Source: Azolla caroliniana (lineage: Eukaryota; Plantae; Polypodiophyta). Taken from it: DNA of 64,000 nt. This document shows positions 49,017-59,508 of the stretch, piece by piece. Position numbers and translations under genes: made by a program. A model generated the notes under the pieces. That model was given only the letters and a program-made list of their open reading frames with translations. It searched no databases and had not been told where the DNA came from. Every line of letters starts with the position of its first letter. Position 1 is the stretch's first letter. The DNA lies in the NCBI GenBank assembly GCA_043228905.1, contig JBHGNT010000009.1:5642001-5706000 (forward strand), written 5' to 3'.

Positions 49017-52000
49017 TCATGACACTATCCCCCCTTTAAAACGGCGAGTGTCACGAGTCGTCTTGGATTGAGGACCCGGTTTGTGTGGATATTGACGATG
49101 GAAGTCTTCAAGAAGAGCACGAGCATTGGTTACATTCTCGATTGGTTCCCAAGTACGTTCGCTGGGACTATAGCCTAGCCAATCGACTAGATAGTAGAGC
49201 TTGTTGCGAACAATCTTGGAATCAAGAATGGCGGCAACCTCGTACTCCGGCCCATCTTCAAGCTCGATCGGGGGTGGAGGTTGGATAAGACGTTCTGGGA
49301 TGGTGCTCTCGTGGTAGGGTTCGAAGAGAGAACTATGAAACACCGGATGTATCCGAAGTTGAGGAGGTAGATCGAGACGAAAAGCAACATCATTAATCTT
49401 TCCAATAATACGGAAAGGACCTAATCGCCGATAATCCAACTTCTCACATGGGCGAGTAGTCTTGATGTGTCGTCGTAGCAACCACACCCGATCTCCAATA
49501 TTAAAACTAGATGGAAGTCGATGACGATCCGCGTAGACCTTGTGTGTTTGTTGAGCTTGCTGGAGATGAGTTGATAAATCCGCTTGTATCTTGTGTAACC
49601 GCTCCAAACGATCCTCCGCGCACGGATTTGTGGACACCTCTGGGGTTTCAAGTACACTCCACCGGGGGTGACATCCCGTATAAGCATAAAATGGCGTAAC
49701 TTTAGTGGATGCGTGGATAGAGTTGTTATAGGCAAATTCGGCGAAGTGGAGAATATCTGCCCAGTCGTCCTGATGATAGCTGAGAAAGCACCGTAGATAC
49801 TGCTCCAACGTTTGATTTGTTCATTCAGCTTGGCCGTCAGTTTGTGGGTGGTAGCCGGAAGAGAGGTTACAAGTGACCTTGAGCATGTTAAAAAGGTGCT
49901 TCCAGAATTTTGACACAAACTGGGGTCCACGGTCGTTGATGATACTATCGGGGAGTCCATGATGTCGACATACTTCACGCATGACAATTTCGGTAGTGTC
50001 TTCACTGGAGATCTCCTTAGTACATGGCAAGACATGAGCCATCTTCGTATATCGATCGACCACCGTTAGAATCGCATTGAACCCCTTAGAGACTGGAAGA
50101 TCTGTGATGAAGTCTAGAGCAATGGATTGCCACGGCTTGCTTGGAATTGATAATGGTTCTAATAAACCATATGGATGATGCCTTGGCATTTTCGCTCTGC
50201 AACATGTATCACAAGTCCGAACAAAATCCTCGACAAATTGTCGCATACAGGGCCACCAGAATGATCGTTGTACTAAATGTAATGTTTTAGTACTACCAAA
50301 ATGCCCAGCTGTATATGTGTCATGACAGTTTTGTACTACTCGAAGGCGGCAAGAACCATTAGGAACATACAAAAGTTCTTTAAAGAAGAGTAATCCATCA
50401 TGGTATTTGAATTGCCGATAGTCCGTACCTGGTGGTTGCGACTGTGAACACGACGCTCGAGAGGGATCAATTTGTGCTAGTATAGCTTGGGCGAACGCAT
50501 CTGTCTTCAAGTCTTCACGTATGGTATCGATAACGCGGGAATCCATAGGCATGTCAAAGATTTGTGTTGCTTGTAATCGTGCCGGTCCCAAGATGACTTG
50601 TTTTTGGTTATCGAAAGCTGGCTCGCCGGGACGGGGTGCTAGATACGAACGCCGTGATAATGCATCTGCCTTCCCTTGGTGCCTCCCCGGACGATATGTA
50701 ATTTTGAAGTCGAAACGCGTGAGGAAGTGGGCCCACCGAGCTTGACGTCGATTCAACACACGAGCATCCTGAAAGTAGGCAAGATTCTTGTGGTCACTAA
50801 ATACGGTGACTGGATGAGAGGATCCCTCCAGAAAATGCCTCCATTGCATAAAAGAATCCACTATTGCCAATAGCTCCTTATCATGGATTTCGTAGTTGAT
50901 TTCGGCGGCATCAAACTTGCGTGAGTGAAAAGCCACAGGATGTAGCTTTTCATCATTCCCCTGTTGTGACAGAATGCTCCCCAATGCAAAATCCGATGCG
51001 TCAGCTTCGATAATGAATGGTTTCTCCGGATCGACATGAGCTAGAATTGGAGCCGATGTAAATGCTTTTTTAAGACTCTCGAAAGCCATGTCTGTTTCTT
51101 CAGACCAGGTGAACGGTTGTCCCTTCCTGGTAAGTTGTGTGAGAGGTAGAACGATCTTTGAGTAATCCTGTATGAACTTTCGGTAAAAATTGGCAAAGCC
51201 TAAGAAGCATTGCACATCCCGTACCGAACGCGGAGTCTGCCATTCTACCACCGTTCTGACCTTAGCTGGGTCCATGGAGATGCCTTCTGACGAAATGATG
51301 TAGCCGAGAAATTCCACTTGGTTGCACCCGAAACTACATTTTTCTAGCTTTGCATACAGACCATGTTCTCGAAGTCGTTTTAGTACTAATAGTACATGAG
51401 AATCATGTTCTTCTTGGGTCTTTGAATAAACCAGTAGATCATCCAAATAGATGATCAAACAATCATCCAATAGATCTCGGAATATATCATTAGCCATGTG
51501 CTAGAAGACTGTCGGCGCATTAGTGAGGCCGAACGGCATGACAGTATACTCGAAGTGCCCATATCTGGTGCGAAACGCAGTCTTCCATTCGTCTCCTGGT
51601 CGGATCCGTACGAGGTTATATGCTCCCCGTAAGTCGATCTTCGTGAAGAACCTGGCACCATTGATCCGTTCTAAAAGACTTGAGATAAGGGGAAGAGCAT
51701 ACCTATTCCTTATTGTAACCTTATTCAAGCCACGGTAATCTACAACGAGACGAAGCGATCCATCTTTTTTCTTGACGAAGAAAATGGGCGCACCGGCTGG
51801 AGATTTCGAATGCCGAATGAAACCATTTTCCAAATTCTCCTCTATATAGGCCCGAAGGACTTCCAGCTCGGTTGGTGACAAATTGTAGATCGGTCCCCAT
51901 GGCGGCTCTTTTCCCGGTTGTAAATCGATGGGGCAATCGTACAGTCGATGATGAGGAAGTGTGTTGGCTTGTACTTTATCGAACACATCGGTGTAATGGC

Positions 52001-52607
52001 GATACTTCTCGGGAAGTTGAACGGTGGATTCTTCTTTAGTGGTGTTGGAGGGGTTTACTGATATTGCAAAGAGGAACATTTCCTCCTTGTGCCCTTCTTT
52101 ACGCAACTGACGTAGCGAAATGGTTGCCATCTTCTGAGTTGACCCTTGGGTTTGTCGACACCGGATTTCTCTTGTTCTCCAATCTATGTCAGGGTTATGT
52201 AACTCGAACCACGGTAGTCCTAAAACTATAGGATGTTCTGGGATACTAATAATATTAAATGATACTACACATACTAAGTTATCTAGGACAATATTAATGG
52301 GCTCTGACTCTTCTAGGATATTTCCGGAAGCAATGGGACGTCCATCAATGACTACTACAGAGGCTGGACACTGGAGTTTTCTTAGGGATATCTTATGAGC
52401 TTGAGCAAATTTCTTATCCATAAAGCAAGAGTTAGCTTCGGAATCTAGGAGTGCTAGGACATGTACTGGAGGGGTACTTTTAGTACTAACTATTACTTGG
52501 GCTACGAACACATCACTAACTTGCTTAGAGGGAATGGAACCACTAATGGGCTGCACAGATCTAGGGCTGTCCAACCAAACGGCTCCTATTTTGGCTGGAC
52601 TTAGTCG
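49017..52607 (-). pseudogene. pol: Pol (AP-RT-RNaseH-INT-chromodomain), single frame with two nonsense codons
   Basis: ORFs 51501-52574, 49821-51497 and 49017-49808 share one frame; stops TAG and TGA from CAG/CGA; LLDSEA (DSGA in D), YLDD, DASD, HHCC, GPF, EYEVAAIL..YLVDWLGY..TWEP. Confidence 0.95.
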
Positions 52608-52613
52608 TTTAAC
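52560..52613 (-). promoter_or_regulatory. Putative -1 ribosomal frameshift signal (G TTA AAC + stem/pseudoknot)
   Basis: pol lies in the -1 frame; heptamer 52613-52607, 6-nt spacer, 11-bp stem GTCCAGCCAAA/TTTGGTTGGAC. Confidence 0.75.
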
Positions 52614-53752
52614 TCTTCTTCTAACTGACTAAGGACATCAAATTTGTTTGCTAGATCTGGGATATTAGTACTATTAGGACTATCAGATATCCCTACTGAA
52701 ATAGGTTCGGATTTAGTACAATTAGAACTAGCGACTATTTGGTTTACCTGTCTTCTTGGCCTATCGGGGCAATTTATTGCGATATGTCCTGGTCCACCGC
52801 AGTAAAGACATAGTCGATTTGTACGGCGTCGCTGCTTTTCTACTTCGGATAATGGCCCTCGACGACGTGTAGTGTCAATCTCCATCGGAGTCGGAGTATT
52901 CGCTGGAGACGCATTATATGACTCCCTCGGAAAAGGTCTTGCTACCACTGAGGCGTAGGTGGGCTCTGATCTTGCCCTCGGCATCTGTAGCTGCCGTTCC
53001 GAACGTCGCTCAAAGAGGCGGTTGTCACATCTCACCGCGCGACTGATTGCTTCTGTTAAGGACTTTGGCTCTTCGGGGAAGGTCAAGAGTAAATCCTTGA
53101 CGTCATTGCGTAAACCATAACGGAATTGCTCCATCAACGCTTGATCATCCCAAGGGATATCGGCGGCGAGTAGGCGAAAATCTGCAGCGTATGCGGAGGC
53201 TGGACGGTCACCTTGGCGTAATCGCCGGATTTTGTTGATTGCGGTCCTGATGCTGTCAGTATCTCCGAAACATGCTTTAAACTCACCTAGAAACTCTTCA
53301 AAATTGTTGAGTAACGGAGATTCCTTTTCTAATAGTGGAGCGAACCATGACAACGCTGAGCCACTTAACAAAGTGCCTACTAAACCCACTCGTGATGCAT
53401 CGGTGGGATATCGGGAAGGATGCATTTGAATAACTAATCGTACCTGGTTAAGGAACCCTCTAAACTGCGATCGTGTTCCATCGAACTTCGTGGGAAGGCC
53501 AATCTTAGGTTCTTTATGAATCCCTTGTGTTCCGGGCCCATGTTGTTGCATCGCTACGATGGTGGCTTCGAGTTGTTGCACGCGTAACGCAAGTTCCCCA
53601 TGTTGTTGTTGCGTTTGCTGCTTTTCTAAGGAGATTTGCTGAAGATCCCCCAGCAACCGTTGGTTTTCTTGTTCCAAAGCATGGAACTTCTCCTTCAAGC
53701 ATTGGAATTCCGAGAAAACAGATTGATATTCTTCAGCGCTAACAGTGGCCAT
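52601..53752 (-). CDS. gag: Gag (Ty3/gypsy, PEG10/sushi-like capsid, CCHC knuckle)
   Basis: Intact 383-aa ORF; [34 protein letters not shown]. Confidence 0.95.
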   Translation of the reverse strand: MATVSAEEYQSVFSEFQCLKEKFHALEQENQRLLGDLQQISLEKQQTQQQHGELALRVQQLEATIVAMQQHGPGTQGIHKEPKIGLPTKFDGTRSQFRGFLNQVRLVIQMHPSRYPTDASRVGLVGTLLSGSALSWFAPLLEKESPLLNNFEEFLGEFKACFGDTDSIRTAINKIRRLRQGDRPASAYAADFRLLAADIPWDDQALMEQFRYGLRNDVKDLLLTFPEEPKSLTEAISRAVRCDNRLFERRSERQLQMPRARSEPTYASVVARPFPRESYNASPANTPTPMEIDTTRRRGPLSEVEKQRRRTNRLCLYCGGPGHIAINCPDRPRRQVNQIVASSNCTKSEPISVGISDSPNSTNIPDLANKFDVLSQLEEELND

Positions 53753-53810
53753 GGGATGAAAGAAAAGAGGAATAAAAGATTAGTAGGAAATGAGAGAGAC
53801 AGAAGGTAGG

Positions 53811-53823
53811 CAAATTGGTTCAA
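53811..53823 (-). promoter_or_regulatory. Self-priming PBS (no tRNA complementarity)
   Basis: TTGAACCAATTTG just after the 5' LTR is complementary to CAAATTGGTTCAA (54063-54051), 32 nt downstream of TATAAAA. Confidence 0.8.
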
Positions 53824-53929
53824 ACTGTCATGAACAGTACTGAGACAGAGAAGGAATTAGTACTAAACGAAGGATTAGTACTATGAGAGTTGTGGAACTT
53901 CTTCGAGAGAAGGAAGAAGTGAGCGAGAC

Positions 53930-53984
<55 letters not shown>

Positions 53985-54202
53985 TGATAAGAAAGATATT
54001 TATTATATGAAGAGAATATACAACGGTGGCTAAAAGGCTTAAGACTGGCGTTGAACCAATTTGGTTCAACATAATGCCTAGTGCCCTCTTTTATAGTGTT
54101 TTCAGGAGTAATCCTGAAGCTTCTAGAATGTTCCAGAGAAATCTGGAATATACACTAATTTCCTATAATAAAATGTAAATGAAAATAATATCCTACGTAT
54201 TA

Positions 54203-54274
54203 CAATAGATGGTCTAATGGTCAAGAGCTCGACCCATATAACCTAAGGTCATGGGTTCGAGTCTTGCCATATCA
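54203..54274 (+). promoter_or_regulatory. tRNA-like A/B-box module at LTR 5' end of element F (copy at about 48948-49019)
   Basis: A box TGGTCTAATGG 54210-54220, AGGTC variable-loop-like motif, B box GGTTCGAGTC 54254-54263, spacing 44 nt. Confidence 0.78.
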
Positions 54275-55142
54275 TGACACCCTTAGGTAATGTGCTTTCC
54301 ACACTAAGAGGGTGAAGCCTGCAATCAACATCCAAATCTCTTGGAAACGAGGGGATACGGTCTTCAACTCTCTTTCAAATCGGTTATTGACAAGTTTACC
54401 TATTCTGCATGAATTCTTACTTTAGCAAACTTACAAGCATGAGTTGATATGTAAGTTAGAGGGTTCATAGTCTAACTTGTAGCTTGTAATAGGCATAACC
54501 TTAAGGACCAAATTTAAAGATAGTTTGAATGGGCTATGGGTAGGATAGTTGGGATATAAGTTAGCTTAGGAACTAAGAAAAACTAATGAGGATTTGGCAC
54601 ATGGGAATGTGGTGCTAGTCTAGGAGGCTTATTTGTTGCACTACTTAAAAAAAACTAGCTACCTCATTCATTATAGTAACTTGAGAGGTTAAGCATCTTT
54701 AACCCATTCATTTCGGTAAACTCTTCTGCTATTTCTCATCATTAGTTCCATTTGTAATACATATGCTTTATAAAGGGAAAGGAGTTATATAACATGTAGT
54801 TAAATTTGTAGGAGTTATGTTTCAGATTTGTTGGTGATCTTTGTGTACATTGTTATGTTGGTGATAAAATTGAAGAAAATATCATGAAGCCATGTTTCTT
54901 ATTCTACTCTTACAATTATATTGAAGCCAAATATTTTGATTTTGTAGAGTTTTATATATTTCTTTTGAAATAACAAGTTTCAAGGATTTTGAGCCTTACT
55001 AGATTCATGCACTAAGAAGGCCTCATTGATACATAGCTTCACATAATATGTATGTTAATATGGAGTGTGTGAATGATTGTAGTCATTATGCGAATTTATG
55101 TAGTAAAACAAAATACCTACTTATTCATGTCAATGTTCACAT

Positions 55143-58130
55143 TGTTAGCATAAAAGGCCGACTCCTTCCACTTTGTATCCTAAGTCTGAACACATCTTTG
55201 AGATAGGGGTTGAGTATATAAGCTCAACCCTAACATTGTAAAAGTGACGAGGAGTGTGAGAGTTGTAGTGTAAGAGAATAAGAACTTCCATTCAAGCTCA
55301 AAACTGTGTTTATCTTTTTGTTTGTTCTTGTTTCATATGTGTTGTTTGTTGTACATCTCTTGAAGGTCCTCATACACACTCTTCCGCATATTTGTTGGTA
55401 TACTTACATCAAGTAGTATTAGAGCAACCTCATTGTCCAACGACAACGATAAGAAAAAACAATGAGAAGGGAAGGGAAGTTATCCGGCTGAAAGAAAAGA
55501 CTAGGTCAGCAACACCTACTTCTAGTAAAAGAATGCCAACACAATCTGACACTAGTGTGGAAATCCGCAAGTTCGATGGTAAGAACTTCATCGTCTAGAT
55601 GGAAATTATGCAAGATGTACTCATCATCCAACGACAAGTTGAAGCTATTAGGCACACTACAAAGACAACTTCAATCTATGGATTAAATAGCCAGATCTAC
55701 CATTCAAATGTATCTGGCCGAAAATGTCTATTTCAGCATGGCTAAGGAGACAACAACATTCTCTTTGTGGGAGAAGTTACAAGCAATGTACAAGAAGAAA
55801 TCCTCCTCATCAAAGTTGATACTTATCCAACAGTTATTCAACAAGAAGATGAGAGAGATGGATCCAGCAACCTCCCACATCAACACCTTCAGTCGGGTGT
55901 TATCTGAACTCTCCTCCCAAGGGATTAACTTTGAAGAAGAAGTCAAAGCCCTTATCCTCCTTTCGAGCTTGCCGTAGAGTTGGGAAGTATTTTGCATGAC
56001 CTTTGACAATAGTTGTCCAAATCTAAATCTAGATGAGATGATCGGACAAGTACTCACCGAGGACATTAGGCAAAAATCGATGGTACTCACCATGATTCAA
56101 CGAGTCAGCATAAAACCAGCACTCGACTGAGTTGATCAAGCGATCAAGTGGATCGAGAGAAAAAGTCGAAACAACTGGTCGGAATACCAGTCAACCAAGA
56201 AAGAGGGGAAACCAACAGTAGTCGAAGTCGACAAATAGTCAATCAAGTGACTTCTGCACTCACTGCAGAAAAACTGGTCACAATGTTTCCGACTGTTGGT
56301 CAATCAAGAGGAAGGAGAACAGTTGGCGATTCGAGCGGAACTTAGGATGATCCGATTCGAGCGGAACTTAGGATTGGACTGGCTGATGGCAATTGGCTAT
56401 CCCGAAGCTCCAGACAAAGATGGACTTCTATGAGCATTTTCATTATGGGAAACAGACCCAAAGTCTGCACTCTCTCCACTGTGACATAGAACATTAGTCC
56501 CTAGAATTGGTCCACACAGATATATGTGGACCAATGCCTAAAAGGTCACTAGGAGGCTCCCGGTAGTTCATCACATTTGTAGATGATTGTACATGGAGTT
56601 TTGGGCCTACTTGATTAGGTCGAAAGATGAAGAGCTCGAGGTCTTCTCTTGGTGGTTAGCCGAAGTGGAGAACCAATCAAGACACCAAGTGAAGACACTC
56701 CCATACGACAACGAAGATTAATACACCTCTCAAGTCTTCAAAACGTACTTGTCCGACAAAGAGATCTGCCATCAAAAGACCATTCCCTATACTGCCATGC
56801 AAAATGGCGTGGAGGAACGGATCAACCAGATGATTGAAGAGAGGGTATCGGAAATGGTCCAACACTCTGGACTAAGCTGGAATTCTGGGCCGAAGCATTG
56901 CAGATGGTAGTCTATTTGATCAATCTATCACCATCGAGGGTGGTGTGGCTCGAACTGCCATAGGCACTATGGTTAGGCAAACAAGCGACCTATGACAGAC
57001 TTCATATATTCAGATGCGAAGCCTATGCATTCATCCTCAAGGAGAAGAGGACCAAGTTGGCACCCCATGCAACAAAACGCATATTTCTTAGTTTTGGAAC
57101 CAATGGGGAATTCAACTACAGGTTGTGGAACCCAGAGAATCGGAAACTGATCCAGAGTAGCGATGTAGTCTTCAATGAAAACTCAATTCTCTTTGTGCGG
57201 AACAAGTAGAAAATAGTCAACAGAAAGGTTTCCTTCGAAATCGACAGATATGTCGTACAAGGACCAACCCACTAGGCCGAACTGGTGATTCGACAAACAG
57301 TCGAAGATAGGCAAGCTAGCAATTACTCTGCTGAATCTGAATCGACAAGAGGTCCACTAGTCTAAATAGATTCGACTAAGAGATTGAAAGTCGAAATGAC
57401 CAAATCACACAAGTAGGCCAAGGCACCGAAAGGTCTAACAGAACTGACGAAGGCACTAGCCAATTCATCAATCAATCCCAAAGAAAGTAATATTGATTGG
57501 CTGACTGAGCCGATTGAAGAAATCCTATTATAGGGATGAGTCATCCAACAGGAATCCTAAAGATGGTTTAAGTAATAAGGATTGGTCTATTGAGCTGATT
57601 GAAGGAATCTTATTATAGGGATGAGTCATCCAACAAGAATCCTAAAGATGGTTTAAGTAATAAGGATTGGTCTATTGAGCTGATTGAAGAAATCTTATTA
57701 TAGGGATGAGTCATCCAACAGGAATCCTAAAGATGGTTTAAGTAATAAGGATTGGTCTATTGAGCTGATTGAAGAAATCTTATTATAGGGCTGAGTCATC
57801 CAACAGGAATCCTAAAGATGGTTTAAGTAATAAGGATTGGTCTATTGAGCTGATTGAAGAAATTGAACCAACAAAATCGACACCCAAAAGATCCAGACGA
57901 GTTCGAAGGCTGACAAAGTTCTATCAACCGAGCCTCGACTTTGTCAACGACACGGATGCAGGCGAACCAAGCTCATACGAAGAAGCTATAGCCGTGTCGG
58001 ACACCGACACATGGCTACAAGCCATGAAATCCGAGATGGACTCTATTCATCAGAATCAAACATGGGAGCTGGTTGAACTACCAACTGAAAGGAAGTCGTT
58101 GCCCTGCAAATGGGTCTTTAGATACAAATA
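55143..58130 (+). mobile_element. Copia 5' half (LTR, PBS, gag, deleted INT, RT start) [J2]
   Basis: LTR 55143-55411; degenerate PBS 55414-55425; gag 55530-56300; RT start interrupted at 58131. Confidence 0.87.
57514..57863 (+). repeat. 85-bp tandem repeat x4 in INT-RT linker
   Basis: Units start at 57514, 57599, 57684, 57769 (partial at 57854); near-identical. Confidence 0.95.
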
Positions 58131-58451
58131 TGTTAGGATTTCGGTCCCTCCGGATGGGATGATGAAGGCCCGGTGAGAACCAGATGATGAAGGCCCGGTA
58201 AGAACCGGATGATGAGTACCCGACAAGGAAGACCCGGTGAGAACTGGATGTTGCAGGCCCGGTGAGAACCTCTCACCGGATGAAGGGACATATATGTAAA
58301 TATGTTCCAGAGAGCCCACTGGGGCTATATTTGTAAATAGCCCGAAATTCATATTAGTATAAGTATGACCTAGGGAAAACAGTGTGTATTATTGTGTTGT
58401 CATTATTTTGTATAGAGTTATTGGTGTAACTGTTCTACATAGCGTAGCAGA

Positions 58452-58492
<41 letters not shown>

Positions 58493-59508
58493 GTGAGTCT
58501 CTGTTGTAATCACCGCTAGGCAAAGATTGTGAGCACGAGGTCATTGCCTCTGTGTTCCCCTGTTGTATTCTCCTTGCATAGTGAGAGTTGGGGTTTGTGG
58601 ACTTCCGTGGTTTTTCCCGTTTAGGGTTTTCCACGTTAACATCATGTGCATTATCTTCTGTTTGTGTACTTACTTCCATTTCTCATCTTTCTATGTTTGA
58701 TTATCATTAAGTGATCTAAGTCTCGGTTGTGGCCGAAGATTTCCACATATTCTCGTCAATCTGGTATCAGAGCAAAACAACACAGAAAATGGAAGATTCA
58801 TTTGGCAGCATGTTCAAGCTCACTGGCTCTAACTACTCAGTGTGGAAATCGAAGATGAGGGACATGCTTGTGGTTAAAGAACTTTGGTTGCCGGTTCAGT
58901 TCGGGGACAAGAGACCGGACAAGATTGATGCCACGATATGGGAGGTGATGCACATGAAGACAACGACGTACATACGGTGCTTCATCGACATGAGCCTTTA
59001 CAACAACTTTAATGAGGAGAGTAAGGCTCATGAACTCTGGGAGAAGATCAACATTATGTTCCAGAACAAGAATGCCTTTAATCGGGTTTCGGTATTCCGG
59101 AAGCTAGTGCGGCTTCAATACCAAGATGGCTCTAGTATGGCGGAGCACATGAATGCCTTCCAGGGGCTGATTCACCAGGCAAACTCGTTGGAAGTACCTC
59201 TCGCCGATGAGGTACTAGCTCTACTCCTGCTCAGTTCCCTCCCGGATAGCTTGGAGACGTTAGTTGTCACTTTGGGCAACGCCGGGCCGGAAGGAAAACA
59301 ACTATCCCTAGCAAGGGTCAAGTCGAGCTTGCTAGATGAGGAGGCGTGTGGAAAGACAAGGAGGTGATCTCCTTACCAAATCGGAACGTAGAAGACAAAA
59401 GAATCGGAGTCCCCAGAACTGGAAAAAGTCGGGGACACTGTCAAAGTCAAGGGGGAGGCCCACTTGCTTCTATTGCGGCAAGCGGGGCACTTCTAGAAGA
59501 ACTACCGT
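58131..59508 (+). mobile_element. Copia 5' part (A/I-related) [element N]
   Basis: LTR 58131-58758 with CCCGGTGAGAAC-type repeats; PBS 58762-58773; gag MEDSFGSMFKLTGSNY from 58789. Confidence 0.92.

Larger units (their letters stand above)
48577..54279 (-). mobile_element. Full-length Tcn1/Tf1-like chromoviral Ty3/gypsy retrotransposon [element F]
   Basis: LTRs 53826-54279 and 48577-49024 (6 substitutions plus GA-length difference); TSD CCCTT/CCCTT; PPT at about 49025-49037; gag-AP-RT-RH-INT-chromodomain order. Confidence 0.98.

Noticed and set aside
54203-54274. Functional tRNA gene
   Set aside because: Acceptor and anticodon stems do not pair well; treated as a tRNA-derived promoter-like module, not a tRNA
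57514-57863. CRISPR-like array
   Set aside because: Whole units repeat with no unique spacers, no cas genes, eukaryotic TE context
21395-58130. Large inversion splitting one copia into J1 and J2
   Set aside because: The halves overlap by about 100 bp of RT, the LTRs are clearly diverged, and J2 is simply interrupted by N; independent insertions are simpler
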